The translations under genes and the position numbers were made by a program. The notes below the pieces were generated by a model. That model searched no databases. It was not told where the DNA came from and worked only from the letters and a program-made list of their open reading frames with translations. Shown piece after piece: positions 12,765-24,700 of a stretch of DNA of 64,000 nt. Source of the DNA: Phoronis australis (lineage: Eukaryota; Animalia; Phoronida); NCBI GenBank assembly GCA_002633005.1, contig NMRA01000520.1, forward strand, positions 129,559 through 193,558, in the 5' to 3' direction. Each line of letters starts with the position of its first letter. Position 1 is the stretch's first letter.

Positions 12765-15700
12765 TCGTAGCATTACACGATTACTCGATTTTGCTTCTTG
12801 ATTTTTTCCTGCAGGGTACAGTCACCAGTTGGTAGTGCAAACCAAATTCAATTTTTTCACACACTTTCCCGCTACTCGATCGCTACCATTAATTGCTCCA
12901 AACTTGCGGTTGCCACAAGTCTATGTCTCAGTCTGAATCACAATCTTCAAGATTCCCTATGGTTACCGCATTTTTGAGGTGCGACTGTGGCTACACGAGT
13001 TTGGCCCTCTGATTCCTGAGGTGCCTTAATATCTTTAATGGGTAACCCGACCGGCTCAGTGGCGGATTTAGAGGGGGACCATGGCCCCCCTAAAACTCTC
13101 CATGTTTCCATTCGGCAGTTCGGGGGTGCGCCGTCTGACGGGCAAAATCTTCTGGCTAATACTTTGCCTGCCCCCCCCAAATAAAAACCATGGATCCGCC
13201 CCTGGGTTTGCTTGAGAAGTTTCTTGCTCCGTCACGCAATAAAATCCGTCACGAATTAGATGATTTGAAATGGGTTTATGACCCTGTCCACGCATTTCTC
13301 TCCAATCAGCTCAACTTTCTGTGTCTGGCTAAATGAAACAGATACTGTAAATTGCCACTAACCCAGTTGCACTTAGGAGACTGAATGGCAATTGGGCCAT
13401 TCCCAGCCATCATTTGCTAGGGAACTGGGGCTGGTTCACTTTCAGCCATATCCCAGGAAAGAACTCACCAGCTGGGACTCGTTGCTTAAAAGACAGTTAA
13501 CCAGATTAGTGAACACTTTATCAGTTTGTCCCCAATATCATAAATATTGAATTCATTGTTGAACTAAAACCGTCTCAAAGCTCTCAACTTAAACATCCTT
13601 TGTCTTTACTGCAGTGGTCTAATATTCTTTTCAGCTTTAACTGCCAGTGTGGTGAGTTGGTATGACAACTAGACGATAATGTCAAAGAGCAAAATTATTC
13701 TAAAAGTGACAATAGTGCTCTCTGGATTCACTCTATGGTATAAGACCATGTAATAGATTATGCTAATCCTACAGTTTTGCACAATGATGTAAATCTATTC
13801 AGATTAGCTGGTAAGGAAAGCCTTGCTATTTCTGACCTAAATGTCCAAGACTTCCTTGAATGGGCTGGTTGAACACAGCCCTAGGGGATAGCTTTGTCCT
13901 TTGCATGTGATTACTTTACTGACAAGTGAGTTTCAGTTCAGTTGGTTTTGATACTTGTGACCATGTTGGTTGTGGTTTGATATACTCCTTGAGGATGGTG
14001 AATTGAATTTCATCGAAACGTTGGACATGTATACATGTATCTATCTGCAAATACACAATGCTGACAACAATTCTGCTGCGTTTTCTATAGTAAGATTATT
14101 TTATATAACGCCTCCAGTTTAAGTCCCTATTTACTTTTATTGAGCTAAGGTCTTAGCTTTTAGCGAATTTATTGGTAAATGTCATTAGTCAAAGAGGCCA
14201 CAATAAGGACGAGACATTACATATCAGTGGCACGATTACTCATCAGATTTAGGGAACTCGTCACTAGATCCACCGGCACGAGTATTGAATTATACAGTGT
14301 GCAAATCTTATCATGGGCCCGTTTAATGACAGTGGCTCGAGACATTTAAGACATAAATTTGGTCTTTCGACCGCACTTAAGATGTTTAATTGCTAAAAAA
14401 GCTAATTTTTTTGACTGCATCACTGTCTAGAAATAATTTATAAAAATATCTCTAAGGACTGGCACACATGTGTATAATCACACGTATTTATTCATGTGGC
14501 ATTAAATCACTTCTCTTAATCAGTTGTGTGGTGACCAAAATGCTGCTTTAAGACATTGGTTACTTTCACAAATCAGGATCTAGCTAGTACTATATACCTA
14601 TACGTTACTGTCTTGTCGTCATATAGTCGTTCCACTGGTGTTAGGAAAACCTTCGTAATTGATGCCTGGTTTTTGCAGCCAATGAAAACTCAATTCTAAA
14701 CTGACATTTGTTCATGTATACTTAGTGACGAGGCTAAGCAAATTCGGCAATATGGTGGCCACATTGATTTAGATCATGTCGTGGACCACGATGGGAAGTA
14801 GCGAATTCAGTATTACTGCCAGATGTTGGCTGATTTAAGGCTGGTGTGGATGGCTGTGTGACTCATGGACCATGAGGTTAAATAGAGAATTGAGTAGTAA
14901 TGAATTATCATGTCAGATGTTGGCCGATCTAAGGCTAGTGTGAATGAAAATGTCGTTCGTCATCAATTGTTTTCAAACCCTTTGGAAACAAACCTCTTCC
15001 TCGAGTCATATCGTCGCCAGGAGCCGTCCATCTCAAGGTGACCGTGTTGTTAACGAGATACACCGTTAGGTCGGTAATGCGAGCGGGAGGTATACGGTCT
15101 GGTACCACGTAGTTGGGGTCCAAAGGGAAGCCGCTGACTGTGATCTCGCCCGCTGTGTCGACTCTTTGGAACGATGCTATTGTACTCGCGGTTGAATCAT
15201 CTTTCAAAAATTCTTCAACTGAAATTTTGAAAACATGTGAGCACGAAAGCATATTAAGTGTCTGAGCGTAAAAGATGTCATGTTTGTTTTATGAAGCAAA
15301 AGTCGCTGATTGGAGATGAGAGTGATCTCGCCATGCCTTCAGTGAATGTCGGTCGTGTGTAAAATGTAATACATTAGACAAAGTTTGCAAATGTTAGTAT
15401 CAATTTCATTTACATGTATACGTAATTCCGACTAAGATACCTGTGTCCTCAGATAAAATAGGATGAGAATTTAAACCCTGGCGGCTAATCAGTTGCTGTG
15501 ATTGTCCTTCCTTCATGGCAACTTTTATTTTAACGCCGTAACGCCCATTTCCCTTGAAATCTTGCGCCATAAAATAACCACAATACCGCCCGTCTCTTGG
15601 TAGCATGTCACAACCTGAAAGATAAATTATAATGAGTGTTCATTTATATTCGGTAGTCACTTTCATCTCTATTATGACTTACAAAAAGTTTGGTAAGTAA

Positions 15701-18700
15701 AGTTAGCACGTGAGCAGAGAAACTGTTTCACAACAGGCGAGGTAAGGTTAGCTATTCATGTAGCGACCTCTATCCAATCATAAATTATAGACAACAGATT
15801 CGCATTTTCGTCCGTGCTAGCCAAGATGCGCCGCCACTCTCCTAAATTTCCTGGTGCAGTTTCTGGTTAGTGTATTTTGACGAGAAATATTTGCATCTAC
15901 ATGTACTTTACTGTCCAGTACAACGAAAAAAATAATACTTTCGGCATTGAAACGCTGTTCAAAGTCTTTCAGTAGTTGAAGTGTTGGTATCGTGAGTACT
16001 TTTGGCAATGCTACTGGTAATTAATTACAAAATTCAAACTTCAGTGCCGACTGATTATGTCGTCTGCTTGCCCAATAGCATAGGAGCATAGTTACCGGGC
16101 AGTTTGTGATTTATGGTTCAAATAGGCCTACTGAGAAAACTACGGAAGCATGTTTGTGCACAAATTCCAAGGAGTACCTGTGAATGCAAAAGATATTTAT
16201 AGATTAACCTTTTTGGTTTAGAAAAATATTAATTTCGTTCGAATTAAAAAATGCGCTTCTGCAGCGATTTAACTAGTTTAACCATTGGATGATTATGTTT
16301 CAACATTCTCAAGTGAGCAATTTTTCTGGGAAGTGTTGAGTGGCCCTTAAAATGGCCGTTGGTTGTACTGTGAATGAGCCTTAGGTACAGCGAGAAATGG
16401 TTCTTAAAAGAACCGTTGAATAATCCAACATAAATCACACAGTATACCATGCTCACTCAAGTACTGAAGGTCCTCTTCATTCAAGTTTTCATCTGGGAAG
16501 GTTGGATGAAAACAGAGGAGGTGACAATATCGACGACAGTTACAAGCTAACACAAATGTTACCGTTCTCCAACGCTATCACGAACCCTGCCTCTTTCAGT
16601 TCTTGTTCAGGGATTCATAAGTAACCCTGAACCGTAGGGAAAAAAAGACATATCTAACAAAAACGAATCAAATTTTGAAAATCATCGCCTTTGTACGATT
16701 CCGGTACTCTCGCCAGACTGATGTTCCTCCCCAACATCAATGTCGAAAATCGACGTTACATGTGATGGAAACTTGTGTCCTTTGTTACTAACATTTAACC
16801 CATTTTTTAAGAATGGGGTGTACTGATTTTGTCTAATGTTGATAGAGCATAACTTTTGGTTTTTACAATGCATTCATTGTGTTGAATGCATTCATTTTAA
16901 GTGGCTTCATTGAGTTGAACAGAAAACAAATTAAATGTAACACAATAAAGTTTTGAAAATAAATAGAGCAGTGACAAGAATCCCTAAGAATCGAGCTGTT
17001 TTCGAAAACTTTGCGTCATTGGTGATCTGATTGGTTCATGCATTTACGGCGGGAAAATAATAGACGAAGTATCGTGCACGTGTGCACTCTAGCAACACTT
17101 TGTATCTTATTCTTATTTGGCCAATCTGTTGATGCAGTAATTTTCCTTATTTATGCCCATCCTGATTTGAGTGCAACTTGAGCTTGTTGGGTTCTATCAT
17201 ATATTGGGTTGGCATTGGTACCCACATGTTGCTTACTCGAATGGGCTTCATTTTACCAAGTATTTCAAATTGAGATGAAGTAAATAAACAAAGTGGGTGA
17301 TTATCATCACCGGAATTTCATCATTAGTATCTTTCGACGGGTGCACAAATTTTCTGAGACTAGGGATTGTCAGATTTGTAAAGTAGAAGTGTTTCGTTGG
17401 ATTTCCAGGTTTGGGGCGTTTTTTTATACCGGACCAAAAATAAAAAACGAGACCTTTGTTTAAATCAGGAGCTGCATGATACAGGTTTTACCAGACGTGC
17501 GCAGGCAGCACATGTGGGCCCATTGCACTGATCACTTCGAACCATTTTTTATGGTTTATTAATATATAGTTAAATCAAGCTGAGGACCTTGAAATCTTAT
17601 TCACGGCAATTTTTGGCAGTGGAATTTTCTGAAAATGCTCGTAAGTTAACAACAAAGTTTGACAGCAACGCACTGCAGTTTTGTAGACACTCTACCATAG
17701 GTTACAGACGCGACACAGAGCGTACATTTGATGAATTCTAGCTTACGATTTCACCTGTTTTCGGCGGAGACCGAGTTTCAACCACTTATGGGCTATAATA
17801 AGCGCCCCTTATTCCTGAAGCGGATTTTTCTAAGCGCCCTGGCCGCTTATTAGGGCGAATACGGCAATACTTCAGAAGGGCAATACTTTATGCACGGGAA
17901 CCTTTTGTTACATTAGGAGTGGGATTGGCTCATTATGTACCCTACACGTGGCATAGGACTTTACAAAACTGGTTGAAGAATTTTGTTTTCGTCATAAACG
18001 TTCGTTTGAAAGGCTTAAATTTAGAAATGTTTGGACTTAAGGCGGAAATTTAAAAAAACATGTCCGCTTACAAAAAAATTAACATTGAAGAATAAAAACA
18101 ACCTATACACCCCTCTGGTGTTCCTGTTCCAAGTTTTCAAAGAATTTGGTTGCATTTTCACAGCCTGCAGTCGAGAGATTTTGTGCGGCATATATTCGAC
18201 ATGAAATGAGTGTGTAACCTGCTACTGAATTGCGAGATATGAATAGATCTTAACTGGTCCAGGTGGTTATTTCTGAAGTATTAATGCAATCTTTATTTAT
18301 GTTTTACCAGCGCTCTATTTATTTGTACACGAATGTGAGTTTGTTGAAATCGCTGATCCAAATCCTGGACAAATGTGCACATTCTGCTGAGACCAACCGT
18401 CTGATCAGGGCCAGCGAAGAGTAATTTGGTTAATTCGTTCACTATACTATGACTGAAGTTCCTCGTAAGGACAAGGGTTTACGAGTCACTACCTTTGGAA
18501 GAAATTTAGCGGACATTTTTTGTCAAAAAGTTTACCAGATAGTTTTCATCAGAACGGAGAAAACAAAAATGGATTTGTGAAGACAGGATTAAGTAGTAGG
18601 CCTACCAGAGCCTCTTAAAAACGTTCATCTTCGAGGTGCCTTGAACAAATGTATAAAGTCTTATTGCTGGAACAATTGCCATGCACGTTGACACAAGAAA

Positions 18701-21700
18701 TAAGCTTTTCTTCCCACAGCCGATTATGGGGTCTCCAGATGGTATAGAAGCTAACGCCTTTGCGATTCGCGTGTGTACCCGAAAAACCGGCCACACAGCA
18801 GAAAATTTAGTCAGGGTCCACCAGTGAATAATGACGTAAGGGCTTGTGCGTAAGATCACAGATTTAGTCCATTGAAAGTATACGGAGTTGGCGGTCCATG
18901 CACTATAGTCTATGATCCAATGAAGTTCTCTAAACGTTAACTTAGGAAATGCCAAACACAGCAATTTCATATGGTCATCGGGGAATAAATTACCTGCTCC
19001 GTTATCATCTAATTGCACGACCTTGTTGAGATCATCAGGTCGTTCTATGTCAGCTTCTACCTTTGCTCCGATTACCGGATTGTACCCTTGTAGCACGTCG
19101 GCATAAACTTCAAGGGCAATTCCAGTTGTGAACGTCACATGGTCGACTTCCAGATAAGAAACGACTCTGATTGGCTCAGAGGAAGAGTTAGAACTGCGTG
19201 ACGTCACACCTACCACTACTGCTTGAGCACTTCTGGATTTCACCACGTAAAGATATTTTCCAGACTGGAAAATTCAAATAAATTTTGTAGTTTGGAATAT
19301 TGTATGACTTAACTAAAAAAACTTTTGAAAATCGCAGTTTATGGTTTCGGTTCCTTAAAGCAGACATATTTAGAGAGAATCTAATGACCACGTGGTGGAA
19401 GGGATGACCAGGCTATTCCAAACTCTGATATTTTTTCTTTGCTGGCCAGTTCTTTACTGGTCGTATAATGTACTCATTAAGACTTTTAAAGCGAATCCAG
19501 TCGCAAACCGTGATGCATAATAGAACATTTTGTAGAGTGAAGTTCAGAAAGCAGCCAAAATGGGACAGATACACCGTACATGTACACAAGTGAATTTGCT
19601 GTGCAAAGAAACTCATATCATCCCAACTGTTTAGAAAGCATGGCTTTATAACGGGACGTTATATGCTGAACCTGTCACTGTATACATGTACATATAGATT
19701 CGAACAATCACTAGTGACCGTTAAGGGTGCGTTGTCGAACAGGTGTTACCTTAGCTACTCCCGGAATTTGAATCGTCAATAAATTAAAGTCTTTCTGATC
19801 CTTGTAAAACTGCGAAGAGCTGTTGTACACAGTGCCACCAGGCGTTGTTAGTTGGACCTGCATTATACATCATAGTCATAATAGTTTGGCAGAAGCCTCC
19901 TCCGCGGAGGACTGACAAGTGACCACACATTTGAGTGAGAGTATCCGTTAAAAATTTGAACAGAAAACAGTCTGGTGTGGTGAAATAATCTGTTGCAAAT
20001 AGTCAAAAATGCTAGATTCAGAAAACGGCAACTTGCTTTACACTAATGCAGCAATTCAAATATATGTGATGACGATCTCTGTTTATGGAGATCAAAATCC
20101 AATACCATTTTACACGGATATCGAGAATTTCTGGGTTTGGCATATTTCAATTTGTTTTTCAATCTAATCTGAAAAAGGTCCCCACACATTGAAACTCTCT
20201 CTACAGTCTCGCCAAACTGGTGTTCACTAAGGGAAGTGAATGAATAATTTGCAAAGTGGTCACATCTTGTAACATATTATGAACATTGGCAGCATTTTTC
20301 TTTGAAAAATGAATCTTAAAGAGGAATTAATCTGGGGTTCTGTCAAAACAAGCTTTGTTCAAAGTACTTCCTGTTACAACATTATCCTGAAACTGGCCCA
20401 CAGTCAACTTTCAGTGACTATAGGGATCCAGAGAACTGGCCGTTCTCATTGTTTAATACCAGGCTCATAAAATTTCTGGTTACACAGAATTTTGAAATTA
20501 AATGTGCTGAATCCGAAGAATGGGGCTATTCGGAAAATTTACATTAACTAGAGGGCGCGCATGTACTAGTGGTGATAGATTAACAACCTCGATTTCGCGA
20601 GCCCTTTAAATACATGGTGAAATGGCTTGTAGGTGTGCAAACTGAATCTGAGATTGCGTGAAAAGGGTGTTTCTATGAGAGAAAGTAAGCACGACCTTAT
20701 ACAAAGGTAAGGTTTGTGATTATTTCAACGATTATTTCATGTTTATGCTACTGGTGTATGTTAACTGAGATACTCGCCGATGTCGACTTCGCGATAGTCG
20801 CCAGTCGGGTTAATGTTTGTTGTGATGCGTGTTACGATACTTGACGTAGCACTCGAGATCTTTTCGTACATCAAAGCAGTATTATTGTTTGGAATGATTT
20901 CTAACAGGCTTATCAGTGACAGTTACATCAATGAATGCTTAATGTTTAACTCGATATGGGTTAGTGAGATTACAATCCAAGCCCAATGCCATGGCAAAGG
21001 GTACGTAAATATCCATTAGACTATTTGTTTACTATTTGTTTTCCGGAAAATTATTACACGTTGAAATGAAATTCTATCATGTCTGTTTTCACGTGACCTT
21101 ATGTTTTTAGGTTTGAGGGCTTGTACCCTGCAGAGGAGATATGCATCGTTTCTGCATCGACCCTGAATGGAAAAAATTGGTTTTAAGCCGTTGACTGCAG
21201 CTAACCAGCAAGATCTTCCCATCCAGTGTACATGTAGATCTGTTGTTAAAACCTACTTTCTTCATCGGAGACAACGAACAAGCTTTGTTACTCCTTTCTC
21301 TTGCCACAGCATTTCAACACACAATTAGTGCTGCATGGCACAATGTACATGTCAGTGGCCCTGGTGAAATGTCAATCTCAGTACGAAGTTACCATAAGGC
21401 AACGTGTCGTTTGTGTATGAAGAGGAATTATATCTACCGCTACAAAAATCAGCCTCGTTGGTGAGGATACCCTTTCAAAGGCAATAAGTACTGTGTGGAC
21501 AATAGCTTATTTCCCTTCCTGGAAGAAACATGCTGGATTGAAGCTAAAGAAGATATAGTGACACTGTGGTCTAGTTCAGGGTCAGATTTTGGGCACAAAA
21601 CGAGTCAAGTGATATGCTGTTGTGTTTACCTTCAAGGATCTAATTGAGGCTGAATGAGGTTACCTGGAGGAAAGCTACGTGCCGAAACTGGACCTTTTTA

Positions 21701-24700
21701 CAAGCGCTTAGATAGGCTATTGAAACTAGATCTCTGTTAAATGAAAACCAAAAGCATCTGGTATAAATACCTCTTCTTTCTCACTGAGTGACATTAACAT
21801 TTCCTTTCAGAAGAAAGGCTTTATAATAATGGTAAAATCTTTTCAATTTGGTACACATTATGGGGAAATGACATCCAGTGACTGCATCGATTGTCTTATT
21901 GTCAGTAGAAAGCCCGTTAATGTTACACTTTGATGATCGAATAAATTTTTCATCAACAGGCAAGTTTGTCACTAATTATTGAAACCACAATATTTCCTCA
22001 GTTTTAAAGCCCCATACAGTGCAGTTGTGCTTATTCTTTGTTGACCTCTAGAAATACGCAGCGATCAAAATAAAGTATTCCCTTTGTTTGCATTTGATTT
22101 GTTTGTGTGTGTAATTATTTTTAGAGCTTTCTTAAGAAGGCCTTTGCACAATTTTAAGTTTTGTGATAACTTGTCCACAACAAAAGTTCCACATGCAAGA
22201 AAAGTATATAAAGAAAGAGCATTGTTAAAAACAATTGTAATTTTCCCACGCAATGGAGTCCATAATCAGGCATATCAAAGGCTGAATTTCTGAACTAGGT
22301 TCAATTCTCTCAGGTTATTGCTGAAGGGTTACTTTTCACTTTGTCCAAAGGTAAAATAGATGGTGAGGCGGCTGGTTTCAGTCGTTTTCTCTCACCTGTA
22401 ACAGAATAGTCAGAGAAATATTAGCAAATTATAAAAGAAAACACAAGACAAAACTACTTTAGTGAGGCAGAACATACTTGACGTTTCATCTTCATGTTTA
22501 TATCTTTGTACCCAAGTCTTACTTAAGATCTGAATTAAACTATGTGAAACAGGCTAAAAGTGATTTAATAATGTGTATTTTTCACGACACCTAAAATGAG
22601 CATCTGACCTCAACAAGTAAAATTCATTGTAGGTGTCAATTTATATTCCAATGCAATGTTATGACGTTTACTGAATAGCTTATTCATGTTAATTCGGTAA
22701 CTAATCTGGTAGTCCTGGGGGTGGGGTCCGCTATGAAATAAGGAAACTCACTTGTCTAGAGAATTTTATTGGAGATATCATAGATTTGAAGAGAAAATGT
22801 TTTGAAAAAGGCACCCCTGACTTCTGAGCGTCACGTACCACGCACCTCTTATAATATATTGGGCGCATTCCCACCCTTGGAGGACAATATGTGAGTATGT
22901 GCTGCTAGCCTTCCCGGCATCCGAGTCCTGGGTGAGTTTCCGAAAAGAAACACTTAGTTCCATTCAATAAACCCGTTATTCAGTGGGGTAACTGGTGGGG
23001 ATAACATCACCGAACGATGTCGATAGAAACTTGATTGCTAAAACTTACCAAGTAACCTTATGTAGTCTCCCAAAGGAGCTTCGGCATTCACACACTTTTT
23101 CTCAGTTGGTTGACCCTTTTGACCGCAATGCTCCACGAATGTAGTAACCTTAGCTCTTTTGGTAATTTGTGACCACCTGTCGAAGACTTGCACCAGGGAA
23201 AATAGCAATAATAAGGCTTTCCGCGACGACGTTTTTTGATAACAATCCGTCTTTTTACCAGCTGTTTACATGCAGACAGCGACGCATGAGCAATTCAATC
23301 ACCACTAGTACAGCAGCGACACCGCGAGGAGAATTCTCCGAGTAGCCCCATTAACGAACAGTCAGTTCTTTCAGAGCCCAGAGAGGGAAACAATCTGCGA
23401 CCACTTGTATTGTGTAGCATAAACCAACACTAAGTTGTAATTTGACACAAATCACTGTAGTTTCATTGCTGCTTTAGTAGAATTGTAGAAAATTTTTCCT
23501 TTTTTGCAATACAATAGCAGTTTAACAAAAGTCGTCATTTATGTATTGCAAAGAGTTTCGGGTCATGACGTATCAAAAGTAAACGGGCGCACACATAATA
23601 TGCAAACCATACCAATACCTCTATAGAGCTTGAATACGAGAATGACACGAATGTTTCATTTCCAACTGTAGTGTCGATGTTAAAAGAATTGCTTTCTTCA
23701 CCCCCGGAATTGAAAGTAAGGGTCTCACTGACTACCTGTTTAATACGAATAGAAGGAATAACAAATTAAACCATTTCCAGAAATGCGTTCCTGCATTCAG
23801 TGTTATGGAGTGGAAATTGATTACATCGCACACAGAACCTAATGCAGTATATGGATATGATTTAAAAAGCTTATAAAACATAAATATAGAAAATAATCGT
23901 GGATGTAAGGACATACACAGGCCGGAAAGATGTGGACAATTGAAACACTACAACTGTGAAATTGTTATGTGTTGCGAAAGGTCTGAATTTATGATAGAAC
24001 TGTGAGTTACAGTTGCCCAATAATTTAAGGGGAATTCGCGGCGAGAAAAGTAATGAGTATTTTAAAAATATTTGAACGGGATAGACATCGGTTTTAATTT
24101 CAGGAAATGTCTGGGAAACAAAAGCGAGAATTGGCAAATTATAGAAACAAAATACAAAACAGCCGATTTTGTTGTTTATGGCTCTCGTCAAAGCTAAGAG
24201 CTTCAAGAAGTCTATCTCTTTCAACAATAATCCCAAAATTGTTCTTCGGCCGAAAAACGACAATTTACTTTTAAGAACATGTTGTACAATGTACGTGTGC
24301 CTGAGTTACTCACCGTCACTTTTCCCTTTTTGGCATGAGTCGCTCCACCTGTTACCAGAGAATTTAATGCATCTTGAATCCCCGTGGATTTTTGGTCTGT
24401 AGAAGCGTATAAAGAACGACCTCCTGTAGACGCTGACAGAGCCGTTATCTTCCCGTCAGCATTTTGCCCGTAGGCTATACTGTGGATGATGATCCCGAGT
24501 CTCTTTATTTCCGTTTCAACATCTTCGATGAATGGCGCGGTATTCTCCTTGCCGTCCGTCAGGAGAATGATCTGACTACCGACCAGGTCCTGTTCATCGG
24601 CGGTGTCCAACTTAAGAATCTAGAAACAATTCTCAAGAACATATAACTACATCAACGGCCCCTCACACCAACAGGCTTGCACGTGTTATTGTTAGGTCAC

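Noticed and set aside
18725-18800. tRNA/SINE-like head on the minus strand
   Set aside because: A and B boxes are too degenerate and there is no cloverleaf.
18602-18993. C-terminal extension of the 214-aa ORF
   Set aside because: Intron read-through past the donor at 18993; CLCA similarity resumes at exon 13.
20775-20905. Open minus-strand frame with an AG acceptor and GC donor as a candidate CLCA exon; also a donor-like site at 22750
   Set aside because: No CLCA similarity, wrong phase, and it lies inside the ISL2EU-like element; the gene model is complete without it.
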